Shown: positions 32,881 through 43,415, counted from the whole stretch's first letter. The stretch is DNA of 62,312 nucleotides, filler included, from Chrysochromulina tobinii (GCA_001275005.1; 5 parts of 5 records of this genome joined end to end with filler, not necessarily neighbours in it), one strand, 5' to 3'. The notes: generated by a model not told the origin, from the sequence alone. Program-made: numbers and translations.

Positions 32881-33483
32881 TCAGGAATTTTTCTTGAGCC
32901 ATCGCGCCACTACGCGCTCGGCACTGCCTACGACAAGTGCGCCGAGCACAAGCAAGGCCACCACGGCTGGGGCAGCCGCCGATGTGCCAGCCATAGCGGT
33001 GCCCGCTGACGACTGCAGCACACGTGCCGTCAACGCGGGTTGCAGCTGGGCCGCCCAAACGGATCCGGCCATTGTGCCCAAGACAGCGCCCACGCTCACT
33101 TGCGCGACCGTGTGCAAGCCAGCTCGAACTCGGAGGTATGCCAGCGCTGCCGCGAGCCCGAAGCATACCGTCGGGACCGCGGCGCGCAGCAGCGGCAGCG
33201 GAGCGATGGCACCGACTGCGAGATGCAGCATCTGCTCGTCTGCGACCGTCGACAAGTACGATGCGAAGAAGAAGAGCGACTGTGAATGGCTCGAGGGCAT
33301 GCCCGGATCACTCAGCTCAGCACCATCCGGACGGCGCATGTTGAAGACGCGCTTGAGTACCTTGCCCATAAGCGCGTTGAGCACAGCGCCGAGAATACAG
33401 CCCGCCGTCTGCAGGTCGCGTCGGCAACACAAGGTGGCGAAGGCCGTGCCGGAGACGAGCCACTTGGTCTCGAGGAGCGGCAT
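32881..33483 (-). CDS. PAP2-family lipid/dolichyl-pyrophosphate phosphatase (LPP-epsilon-like); start uncertain
   Basis: KRVFNMRRP, PGMPSSHSQ, LRVRAGLHTVAQVSVG catalytic motifs and TM helices. Confidence 0.9.
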   Translation of the reverse strand: MPLLETKWLVSGTAFATLCCRRDLQTAGCILGAVLNALMGKVLKRVFNMRRPDGAELSDPGMPSSHSQSLFFFASYLSTVADEQMLHLAVGAIAPLPLLRAAVPTVCFGLAAALAYLRVRAGLHTVAQVSVGAVLGTMAGSVWAAQLQPALTARVLQSSAGTAMAGTSAAAPAVVALLVLGALVVGSAERVVARWLKKNS

Positions 33484-33680
33484 CCCGCGCGAGTTCCATC
33501 ATGGAGTTCCTGCCGGCCCCGCGGCATTCGAGAGTGTGAATACAACGACCTCTCAGATCAAGGACACCGACCGGCTGCCGGGTGGTGGGGGGGTCTAGTT
33601 CCTAGTACTTTGTCGGCTAGTAAGAGACATACACTCCTGCCCTGGCAATGACGATTGTGTGGCATCCCCATCTTCAAGAG

Positions 33681-33809
33681 CGTCCCTGCTGTGTTACTCG
33701 CCTCTCCTATGCAGCCACTGCCTCCCACCGGTGCGCCGACTCCACGTCCCTGCTGTGTTACTCGCCTCTCCTATGCAGCCACTGCCTCCCACCGGTGCGC
33801 CGACTCCAC
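33681..33809. repeat. 64-bp perfect tandem duplication overlapping the exonuclease stop
   Basis: CGTCCCTGCTGTGTTACTCGCCTCTCC...CCGACTCCA x2. Confidence 0.9.
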
Positions 33810-34945
33810 ATCGGGTCAACCTCGATGGAGTCCACCAGGCGCATCGGCACGCCCGCTGGGTGCCACGCGTCCTCCGCCGCGCCAAACTGGGCAGTGGCGG
33901 CAGGCGCGGTGCAGGCCATGGTGCTGCAAGCCATGGCAGTGGTGCTGGCCATGGTGGTGCTGGCCATGGTGGTGCACGCCATGGTGGAGGTGCAGGCCAT
34001 GGCAGTGCAGGCCATGTTGGTGCTGCAGGCGGCGACGGTGGCGGCAGCACTCGCGGTAGTGGCGGCTGGAGGCGTCTCACGCTGCCGGCTCAGCAGCTCC
34101 AGAGCCACCGCCCGACTTGCCCACGCGTCCAGTGCCGCGTATCGGGTCTGCTCGTCGTCGAGGCACGTGGACTCCCAGGCACTCGTTCGCACGCGCTCCT
34201 CCTTGGGCAGGTGCCGTCGCAAGCACGCCTCCACCAGCTCGCTCAGCGACCATGGCCGCTCGCCGTACGTGAGCACAGCGGCCGCCAGCCTCTGATGCTC
34301 CAGCAGCCCCGCCGCCTGAAGCCCAAAGTCCCTGCGCAGCTTGTGCATGTCATTCAGCACCTTGGAGCCCGCCTTGAGAACGCGCCTGTCTTCGATGACG
34401 GTCGCGAGGCGCTCAGGGAAGCGGCTCATCGCCGCCACGTGGAAGAGGTAGACGCTCGTGCCCGTCGCGAGCTGTACCAGGGCTGCCGGACGCTGCGTCT
34501 TGCCCGACTCGTAGGTCACGGTCCACTCGATGTCGAAGCCAACGAGGGAGAGCGTGCCGGCATCGGCAGCGGCGACGAGCGCTTCGCACAGCTCATCGGC
34601 CTCGCCCTCTGAGCGCGTGTACACGATCGGTACCGGCAAGGCGAGCGGCGGCAGTGCGCCCGACCGTGCAGCCTCGTCGAAGCGCGGGAGCTTGCGCGCA
34701 GCGGGTGTGGGGCCGCCACCAGCGGCTCGCCCAAACGCGGGCAGCTTGCGAGCGCGGGCGGCCGCGGGTGGCGGCTCTGCGGCCGCGGGTGGCGGCTCTG
34801 CGGCCGCAAGTGGCGGCTCTGCGGCCGCGGGTGGCGGCTCTGCGGCCGCGGGTGGCGGCTCTGCGGCCGCGGGTGGCGGTTCTGTGTCCTCGGCATCGAT
34901 GATCTCAAGGAGCATGTCAATGCCGGCCGTGCTGCTCTGACTCAT
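33758..34945 (-). CDS. Stand-alone WRN-type DEDDy 3'-5' exonuclease
   Basis: VGFDIEW (ExoI), AALVQLAT, LKAGSKVLNDMHKL (ExoII), SLSELVEACL, SAWE...QTRYAALDAW (ExoIII). Confidence 0.92.
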   Translation of the reverse strand: MSQSSTAGIDMLLEIIDAEDTEPPPAAAEPPPAAAEPPPAAAEPPLAAAEPPPAAAEPPPAAARARKLPAFGRAAGGGPTPAARKLPRFDEAARSGALPPLALPVPIVYTRSEGEADELCEALVAAADAGTLSLVGFDIEWTVTYESGKTQRPAALVQLATGTSVYLFHVAAMSRFPERLATVIEDRRVLKAGSKVLNDMHKLRRDFGLQAAGLLEHQRLAAAVLTYGERPWSLSELVEACLRRHLPKEERVRTSAWESTCLDDEQTRYAALDAWASRAVALELLSRQRETPPAATTASAAATVAACSTNMACTAMACTSTMACTTMASTTMASTTAMACSTMACTAPAATAQFGAAEDAWHPAGVPMRLVDSIEVDPMWSRRTGGRQWLHRRGE

Positions 34946-35300
34946 GGCGCGCTACCGGCCGCGGACGACGCCGATGATGGTGCTACCGTCCGGATACGAG
35001 AGCAATACTCGCACGATGTCAGGAAGCGATGTAAGCAAAGGCGGACCGCTCGCCGCGCGCACCGTCCACTTCGAGGCCCACAGAGGCGAATTTCGCCGAC
35101 CGGGCCGACCGTGAGACATTTCCCCGCCGCGGCAGCTGATGCGAAAGGCTAACACTGTAAAACATGCAGAAACACTATGAGCTTCCAATGAAAAACGGAG
35201 TGCGAGCTTGGTGTCATGAATCTGTACGATCAGTCGCAGCATCCCTGTAAAATGTCCATCGTTCATGAATTGACATGACTCAGAAGTAGGGCGATATATG

Positions 35301-35373
35301 GCTTGCCTAGCTCAGTTGGTAGAGCGCTAGACCTTTAATCTAGTGGTCTCGGGTTCGATCCCCGAGGTGAGTA
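35301..35373 (+). tRNA. tRNA-Lys(UUU)-like gene with C at position 33
   Basis: Cloverleaf: acceptor GCTTGCC/GGTGAGT, D-arm GCTC-AGTTGGTA-GAGC, anticodon stem CTAGA/TCTAG with loop CCTTTAA, T-arm TCGGG-TTCGATC-CCCGA; T-runs downstream. Confidence 0.85.
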
Positions 35374-35588
35374 TAAAAAGATTGTCCTTTTATATCCTTT
35401 TATATTTTAAAGAGTCTTCCGTAAGGGCGAGCTTCTTGTCGACGAGCATGGCAGCCGGCTGCTGCGCGTGCGCATCGCACGTACAAGATCGCACGCGCCT
35501 TCCGGGTGACGGGGGGTTTGTTATCGAATTTGGGGGGGTTTGTTATCAGGATACGTATCCCATGTATCTAACATGTATCGTGCATGTA

Positions 35589-35688
35589 NNNNNNNNNNNN
35601 NNNNNNNNNNNNNNNNNNNNNNNNNNNNNNNNTTAATTAATTAANNNNNNNNNNNNNNNNNNNNNNNNNNNNNNNNNNNNNNNNNNNN
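35589..35688. other. Artificial contig linker
   Basis: N/TTAATTAATTAA/N. Confidence 0.97.
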
Positions 35689-35746
35689 GAGGGGGCACGG
35701 GGGAGGGGGAGGGCAGCACGGGGGGAAGGGCCCGTGCAGGGCGTAC

Positions 35747-36905
35747 CTTCCCGATGGACTTTGCGCTCCATGTACACTATGTCGTCGTGCGCGGGCGTCG
35801 GCCCATACCAGCGCACGCGCAGCGCAATCGCGCCGTCAAACTTTTTGAGACGCCCTTCGTAGAGCTGACGGCCAGGCGAGTCAAAGTAGATCGAGGTGAC
35901 GAGGTCCGAGTCCGTCGCGCCGTCGGTGAACTTGTACACGGGGAGCCGAGAGCGCTGTGGTGAGCACTTGCATGCCAGGCAGGTCATCAGTGGCAATCTG
36001 CATACCTTGTACACGGGGAGTCGGCGCAGCAGAAAGGTCTTCACCTTGAGCACGTCGGCGGTGGCCACCCAATACTTGCGCGTCGAGCGAATGAAGGTGG
36101 TGCCGCCCTTTTGGGCCGAGTCGAAGACGCCGCCCTTCTTCTTCTTCTTCTCCGCGTCTTCGGGGGTGCTGTCCTCTCTCGTTTGCTCGGGGGTGCCTGG
36201 CTGCGAGGAGCGCACCACGAGCGACGCGTGCAGGTCCGAGATGCCCTTGATCAGCTCGGGCAGGCACTGGCGCGCAAAGGTTTCCCGTTGGATCCGAAGC
36301 AGGTACGGTGCGCGGCACGGGCACGACGAGAGCTTATCATGCTTCTTGAGGATCTTGGAGAACGCGAGGTAGTTGATGTTGATGAAGTCCTCGAAGTTCT
36401 GGAGCGCCTCGGAGCACTCGAGCATCACCTGATTGAGCGCCGCAAGCCCGGCCTCGTTCGAGCCGGCTTCGATCCAGGCTTCATGCTGATGCTGCGCCAA
36501 GTCGAAGCGAGCGAGGAGCTGCTTGCGCAGGCCGTCGGCGAACTTGTTGACCTTCGCAATCTCAGTGTCGATCTTCTTGGTGAAATCGACCTCGCGCGGA
36601 GCATGGCATTGCAGGAGGTTGGAGTCCGAGGCGACGGAGAAGGCCTTGTAGACGGTGTGCTCCGAGAACCTGTGCGCACGCGGTGCAGTCACGCACGGCA
36701 GCCGGTGAGGCACGGATGACCCGCCCGTGTGCGCGATGTGCAGCCGGCTTGGAAGTTCGGGGCGCGGCGTCGGGCGCGCGCACTCTCGAATCGTGCCCGC
36801 AGCTTCCATCTTCTTGAGCAGCGCCTTCAGGCCGGCGTAGTCCACGTATCCATCGATCCACTCCGGCCGCCGGTCCATCTCGATCGTCTCTCCAAACTTG
36901 ACCAT
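35747..36905 (-). CDS. SPX + VTC domain protein (Vtc4/Vtc2-like polyphosphate polymerase subunit), 3' end in gap; exons 36905-36784, 36669-36006, 35930-35747
   Basis: SPX: MVKFGETI...EWIDGYVDYAGLKALLK, NYLAFSKILKKHDK. VTC: RSTRKYWV...LPVY, SIYFDS...LYEGRLKK...LRVRWYG, MERKVHRE. In-frame introns 36670-36783 and 35931-36005. Confidence 0.92.
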
Positions 36906-37115
36906 TGCTGGAGCTTTCGAAGACCTATCCTAGCGTTGGCAGCCGTGCGGAACGCGCGCACACGCCCGGACACGAGCAGAGCCGCGACGGACTGCGATGA
37001 AATCGAGCGCCGTTGCGTGTGACCTCGTCGCTCGCGCCGTTTCGGACGTTCCGAATTCGATTTGGGGGTTTTTTTCGACGAAATCAAGTTCCCGTGTGAG
37101 AGTGTGTTAATTGAA

Positions 37116-37776
37116 GGACAATTGAGAGGCTACAATAAGTTTCGAAGCCTGTTGTACATGTTCGGTGTCCCTCACTTGACTTGACAGCTGCTAGCTAGTA
37201 TGTGACCAAATTCCAGAGCGGCCGCCGTTGTCAGTCGATAAAAAAGGAAACAAAACTATTCGTTTCCTCTGCTGCGCACGTCTCCGGGTCTCGCACGTCT
37301 TCGTTGGCGCACTCGCAGGCAGCATGCATGTGTTGGGGTACGTTTGGAAGTAGCTACACGGCAGGGGTGCGCCGGTTGAGTAGAACACGCCGCTGTTAAG
37401 GGCATTCGAGCAGATGGTTTGTGCGCTGGTGGAGCCCACCATCATGGCTGCGACGTGCAGGAAGAAGTCGCGCATTGTGCCGGCGTGCGCGTACGTGCTT
37501 CGTTTCGACACGACGCGCGAGGTTCGTTTTCCGGAATGCCCTTACCGCATTTGGAATGCTCGGTCGGGCCGCCTGCGGGAGCCCTCATTCACAGCCCTGA
37601 ACACAACCACTGCGGTGAGCTTGCTCGTCAGCCAAAAAAGGCCACGATCCATTGCACGACAAGTCCCTTCCTCATCATCGGCGATCAATTCTGCCGTCGA
37701 CTCTTTGGACAATTGAGAGGCTACAATAAGTTTCGAAGCCTGTTGTACATGTTCGGTGTCCCTCACTTGACTTGAC
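37116..37776. repeat. 70-bp perfect direct repeats (37116-37185 and 37707-37776) bracketing ~520 bp; second copy runs into (CTTGA)n
   Basis: GGACAATTGAGAGGCTACAATAAGTTTCGAAGCCTGTTGTACATGTTCGGTGTCCCTCACTTGACTTGAC occurs twice. Confidence 0.92.
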
Positions 37777-37860
37777 TTGATTTGACTTGACTTGACTTGA
37801 CTTGTCTCCCGCGAACGTGGTGTGGCTCGTGACCTTGTCGTGACCCTCATCAAAAACGAT

Positions 37861-39591
37861 ATGAGCACGGAGAAGCAAGTGGTGGCGCACACGCGGCTGC
37901 ACCTGGCCAACGAACGGACGCTGCTGGCATGGACGAAGCTCGCTTGCATACTGGCTTCGGGCGGTTTCCTGACCCAAGCTCTGGTGCCGAGCCCGTGCAG
38001 GTATGACATAGACGCCGCTGGGCGATTGGCCAGGAGTGCGGCGACTCACTTTTTCCAAGGCGCGCACCTGCTGCTCGCATGTGTCGTGCTGGGGCTCGGC
38101 CTACGCATCTTCTTTCGGCGCCGCGCACTCCTCGACGCCCAGTGGCTCGGCTCGTACAGCGCACCGCTCTCGCCATGCGTGGCCATCATCGGCGTGCTCG
38201 TAACGCTGGGCTGCACCGTCGTCCATGCGCTGGCGACCGAAATCAAGTACCATTCGGCCGATTGCATGCGACTCACGGGCCGGGTGGCCATGGACCTGCC
38301 ACCGCCGTACCTGTACATCTCCTTTCACGGGTCGCCAAACCCGTTGTGCAACCTGTGCTCGGGCGAGGGCGCCGTGCATCGCTTCACGCTGACCGGGGCG
38401 TACGTCGGGCCAGCGACAGATCAGCGCGCCGCGCTGGTGCACGCTCCGCGTATGATGGTGCTACATAAAGAGCTCCTGATCCTCACCGACGCGGGCGAAG
38501 GCGCGGCCTTCCACAGGCCCGCACTTGCCGTATTTGGCGAGTGCTCGGCCTTTCCTAATTTGGGCCCTCGTCCTTTTCTCGGGCGCATCACAGCCTCCGA
38601 CCTGACGACGGAGGCGCACTTTATGCACCCGTACGGGCTCGCGTCGAGCAGAGACGGCGCGATTCTCCGCGTGAGCGCTCAGAATGGCGGCGCTCTTCTC
38701 GACGTCGACCTTGCTAACGAGAGCTGCCCGATCACCGTCGCCGCGCAGCTGGAGCCGCTCCCCCGAGGTCACGATCTCGATGAGGAGCCTGACGAACCTG
38801 ACGAACCTGAGCCCGCGCAGCTGGAGCCGCTCCTCCGAAGTCACGATCTCGATGAGGAGCCTGACGAACCTGAAGAACCTGACGAACCTGAGCTCGAGGG
38901 TGAGTCGACGCCGTCGTGGGCGTGGCCCACCAAGCACGCCAACGACGGCATCAACGCCGCGAGCGGGCCATTGCGCGGGATCGCCCTCGACGACGACGGG
39001 TGCAGCCACGTGGCCGATAAGCACGCCGATAAGATCTGGCACGTGTGCACGGGGGAGCCGTTACGCTCGACTCACGTTCCCAAGCCGATCGGGGTCCACT
39101 TCCACAGCGGCTCGAGCGGAGAGCGGCTGTACGTGGGCTCGGCCGGTGGCCATGGCTCGGCCGGTGAGGGCATGGTGGTGCCCGGTGTCTATGTGCTCGA
39201 GCGCATCACTACATTGCCTATCGAGTCTCAGCAGTCTGCCGAGCCGCCCCCGCCGTCGCCCTCGCCGCCGCCGCCCTCGCCGCCGCCGCCCTCGCCGCCG
39301 TCGCCGCCGCCGTCAGTGGACCAGTCACCGGCCCTTTCCCCGCCGCCACCCTCACCATCCGCGCAGCACGACCCCATCGAGGGCGACGTGTTCCGGGTTC
39401 GTCAACTCATCAAGCACGATCTCCTCATACACCCCGCCGGCTTGCTCCAGCACAGTGGCGTGCTCTACGTGCTGGAGCAGACGAATCGAGCGTTACTCAC
39501 CTTCGACGCTGCGTCGGGCAACTTCACCGGCGCGCTCCTCGAGTTCCTGCCCCACGTGCCCGAGGGGCTGCTCCTCTCGCCTGGATGCTGA
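37861..39591 (+). CDS. DUF202 (Vtc1-like, 3 TM) domain fused to an NHL/SMP-30-like beta-propeller
   Basis: RLHLANERTLLAWTK plus three hydrophobic helices; propeller-like HPYGLAS, PLRGIALD, PKPIGVHF, HPAGLLQ, VPEGLLLS; acidic duplicated insert and SPPP linker. Confidence 0.78.
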   Translation: MSTEKQVVAHTRLHLANERTLLAWTKLACILASGGFLTQALVPSPCRYDIDAAGRLARSAATHFFQGAHLLLACVVLGLGLRIFFRRRALLDAQWLGSYSAPLSPCVAIIGVLVTLGCTVVHALATEIKYHSADCMRLTGRVAMDLPPPYLYISFHGSPNPLCNLCSGEGAVHRFTLTGAYVGPATDQRAALVHAPRMMVLHKELLILTDAGEGAAFHRPALAVFGECSAFPNLGPRPFLGRITASDLTTEAHFMHPYGLASSRDGAILRVSAQNGGALLDVDLANESCPITVAAQLEPLPRGHDLDEEPDEPDEPEPAQLEPLLRSHDLDEEPDEPEEPDEPELEGESTPSWAWPTKHANDGINAASGPLRGIALDDDGCSHVADKHADKIWHVCTGEPLRSTHVPKPIGVHFHSGSSGERLYVGSAGGHGSAGEGMVVPGVYVLERITTLPIESQQSAEPPPPSPSPPPPSPPPPSPPSPPPSVDQSPALSPPPPSPSAQHDPIEGDVFRVRQLIKHDLLIHPAGLLQHSGVLYVLEQTNRALLTFDAASGNFTGALLEFLPHVPEGLLLSPGC

Positions 39592-39828
39592 GAAGCTGCT
39601 CCCGAGTCGGCGCGCGCCCACCCCCGCCCCCTCCCCCGACCGTACGTTCGGTTGCGTTGGGCGCCTCGTACGTGCATGGCATGTGGTTGTATGGACTGGG
39701 GCTTGATGGAGCGCAAGAGAAAAATACAGTATGAATACAAATGTTCACGTGAACGACCTCGACGCCGCCGTCGGCAACGGCCGCGGGCCCCTTCACGTTG
39801 GTGGCTCTTCGGCGCGAATCACGTGAAC

Positions 39829-42392
39829 ATGGCCACCCTTCGTGAGCGTCCGTTCGTCTCCAAGCCTTCGGACGCGCTCAAGGCTCGGATGGAGCAGGCG
39901 AGGCAGGGCGGATTCTTTGTGGTGCAGACACCCGGCCCGACGTCGTTCGTACTAAAGTCCGACCAGGAGAGCAAGAAGCTCAAGGTCAACATCGGCTCAG
40001 TGCACTCATGCTCGTGCGGTGCGCGCGAGCAGCCGTGCGTGCATGTCGCCTTCGTACTGCTGCGTGTCTTTCGGCTCGAGCCCACCGATCAGCGCTGCTG
40101 GCAAGCTTCGCTCACCGACAGTGAGCTTGAGGCGCTCGTAGATAGCCGCGCCCGTGCCGCCGCGATGCGGCGGCTCGAAGCGCGGCAGTGGGCGGCGGCG
40201 CCACCGCAGAGCGACAGCGAGTGCGACGAATGCGATCCGCTCGACGTGCCCCGCCGTCCGATAGACGACACCGCCGACCCCGACCCGTGTCCGATCTGCT
40301 ATGAGGACATCGGGCCAGAGGACGACGAGGCCGGCGAGCTCGACTGGTGCCGCCGCTCGTGCGGCAAGTCGCTGCACCGGCGCTGCTTTGCCCGATGGGC
40401 CGAGCACCAGACCGCCATCGGCCAGAAGCTCTCATGCCCTCACTGCCGTGGCGAATGGGCCTCGGGGCCAGCGGAGGTGATGAGGCCGAGGCCAACGGCC
40501 GAAACCGTCCGAGCAGGTGCACGCGGCGGCCTGCGGGCCGCGGGGGCCGCGGGAGGCGCCCCGGCGCCTGGACGGCGGCCGCCGTCTCACCGCGGCGCGC
40601 GCTGTCGCTCGTGCCGCGCCACGCCGATCGTCGGGGCGCGCTACCGTTGCCTTGTGTGTCCGACCGTACCATGGCCTACCGACCTGTGCGGAGACTGCTA
40701 TGCGTCGTGCATGCATCCGGAGCACCCGTTTGGGGTCAAGGACGCGGCCAGGCGGCACCTGGGCGGCCGCGACGTGCCGCCGCGACATCTACGGCGTCGA
40801 GACGGGTGCACCGGATGAGGACGCACCCAGCGGCACGGGCGGTGGCGTCAGCAGCAGCGGCAGCAGCAGCGGCGGCAGCAGCGGCAGTGGCAGCGGTGGC
40901 GTCAGCGGCGGCGGCAGCCGTGGCGGCGGGCAGCCGTGGCGGCGGCGGCGGCACCGAGGCGGCGATAGCGGGCCGCTCGCTCCACGAGGCTGTCGCCAGT
41001 CTACAGCATCGTGAGATCACACCCGAAGACTACGATCTGCTCCTCACCCTCTCGAATCCCCACAGCGGCCTCGGCGGCCGGGCCTCGGTCGCGTACGATG
41101 TTCCATCGGCCGCGACGCGCGACGCCCACGGCAGCGCGAGCTCGGGAGTGGCCTCGCGCCGTGATGAGCGCCGGGTGGACGTGTCCCTCGCCGCACGCGT
41201 GGTCGCATACGATGCGGCTCAGATCGCGCCGCTCCTCGCCGAGCTCAACGAGATCGAGGCCGAGGCGCAACGAGATCGCGCCGCCGTGGGCGCCGCCAAG
41301 CGCCCCGGCGCCGTCAACGGCACAGTCGCCGTGACGAGTGGTACGGTGCTGCCCACCCCGCCGCCGTTGATGGATATCGCAGGCCAAGGGATCAGCATTG
41401 GCAGGGCAGCGGGCGGCGAGATGCCCGCGTCGCTGCGCGCAATCGGACGCAGTGCCAGTGGCGGCGGCGGCGGGAGCAGCGCGGCGTTCAGCTCGGCCGT
41501 CGGTCGGCCGTGGCAGCAGAGCCGCGCGCCCGCGTCGGTGGCTGCCGAGCGCATCGCCGCTGAGCGTATGGCGGCGGGTGCGGGCATCGGCTTCGAAGAT
41601 ATCAATCTGATCGGCAATTCGCTCGGCGTGTCGCGCACAGGGGCGCTCGGCATGGCGCGCTCTGGACCGTTGGCGCGCACGGAGGCAGTGTTGCCGCGCA
41701 CCGAAGCCGTGCCGATGGACTTGCCTAGTTTGGGCTCTCTTCCGTCCCTCACTCGAGAGCCGCTGACGACGCAGCCGCCGCCCTTGCGTGCGCGGGGAAG
41801 CTCGGGAGGTGATCTCGGAGGTGATCTCGGAGGTAATCTCGGAGGCAGGCAGCCGCCCATGCGTGCGCGGGGAAGCTCGGGAGGCATCGCCCGCGGGCCG
41901 ACGCCCGCCGCCGCGGCCGCCGCCGCCTCGGCCACTGCACTGCGTCGGGAATCCGTGGCGCTCCAGATTGCCGCACAGGCCGCCATGGCGGGTGGCCTTG
42001 CACGTGTCGCGTCGAGAGAGCTGGGTGGCATCGGTGGGGCCGAAGCCGTTGGGGGCACAGCTGGGAGCAGCGGCAGAGCGGGCAGCAGCTGCACTGGTGG
42101 CAGCAGCGGCACTGGTGGCAGCAGCGGCACTGGTGGCAGCAGCGGCAGCGGCACAATGGTCGCCGGGCCGATGGCAGTCGCAGCAGGTGGAGGCGATCGG
42201 GCGGCGCCACGCCGACCTACCGGTACCGGCACCGGTTCCGGCCACCTCGTTCGCGGCGGCGCCGTGGCGGGGCGTCGAGCGCCGGCTAACCCTGGCGCAT
42301 CTCTCGTGCCCCCGCCGCCCGATCCGAACACGCCTCTCGGATTCATGGATGGCCTCGTGGGACGCGCCTTCTCGGGCGCGGCAGCTCGCTGA
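39829..42392 (+). CDS. ZSWIM2/MEX-like E3 ligase (SWIM + RING + ZZ) with two apparent frameshifts (~40746, ~40928)
   Basis: HSCSCG...PCVHVAFVLLRVF (SWIM); CPICYED...CRRSCGKSLHRRCF...CPHCR (RING); CRSCRATPIVGARYRCLVC...DLCGDCY (ZZ); SLQHREITPEDYDLLLTL in a later frame. Confidence 0.85.
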
Positions 42393-42469
42393 GTCGTGGA
42401 CACTCCGTCTCATGCGATTAGTCTCATGCGATCAGTCAGTCTCATACCATCTCGGAGAGCGGAGCACAT

Positions 42470-43350
42470 CCCCCTTTGTAGCATCGCAGAGCGAGAGTCC
42501 GCACTCTATCTAAAATTAGACACTTTCTAAAATTATTATTAGACTCGCTTGTTTCTTGTTTGTCAGATGGTCACCAATTCTGAGACTATTCGATTCCAGT
42601 CTCAGACCGGCGGTATTCGTATTGGGTTTGGTCGATCAGCTCTGAGCTCTGTGTCAATTGCTCTGTGTGAAACGGCTGTGAGCTTAACTGTGAGCCGGAG
42701 CGTGCTCCCGAGAAGGCACCAACTCTGGAACTCACAGTTGAAAAGGTCGTGCCTGGTTTGGGAATCGCCTGTGGTCTGCACCCGTGTGCCGCCAAGGTGT
42801 GCAAACCAAGCCGGCGAGCCTCAGCGCCACTCCCGGCCACCCCGGGTCCCGCCGGCGCCAGCGCGTCGCGCGGGATCCCTCTGCACCTTTCCCTTGGCAG
42901 GCACCTCCCAACCGGAAATTGCGGCGCGCGCGCGCGCCCCCTGTGCGCGCGCCCGACGAGCAGACCCCATCGGCTCGACGGCCGTCAATCGCCACTTTGA
43001 CAAAAATAGATCATTCAAAATTTAATTCTTATTTCGAAAAACGACTTGACGAAATCAGATCTCCTTTTTGTAGCATCGCAGAGCGAGTCCGCAATCAATC
43101 CAAACTTACGATGGAAACGAAAATAGACCTCGCTTGTTTCTCTCCAATTCTGAGACCCTCGACCGACGGCGTTTGGGCTCGGCCCTGTGGTCTGCAACCG
43201 GGTGCCGCCAAGGTCTGAAGACCAAGCCGGCGAGCCTCAGCGCCACTCCCGGGCGCGTGCATCGCGGGGGATCCCTCGGCACCTTTCCCTTGGCACCTCC
43301 CAGCCGGAAATTGCGGCGCGCGCCGCGCCCCCTGTGCGCGCGCCCGACGA
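42470..43350. repeat. Diverged direct duplication of a noncoding unit (~42470-42960 vs ~43063-43350)
   Basis: Shared blocks TTTGTAGCATCGCAGAGCGAG, ACCAAGCCGGCGAGCCTCAGCGCCACTCCCGG, CCGGAAATTGCGGCGCGCGC, CCCCTGTGCGCGCGCCCGACGAG. Confidence 0.85.
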
Positions 43351-43415
43351 GGCCTCACAATCAAGCCCTGTTGCTGTGCCTCGCAGATACTGTGATTCGG
43401 CGCGGCTCCGTTCGG

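Noticed and set aside
32881..39591. Extended phosphate cluster (PAP2 + VTC + DUF202)
   Set aside because: PAP2 lies across an artificial linker from the VTC pair, so linkage is unsupported.
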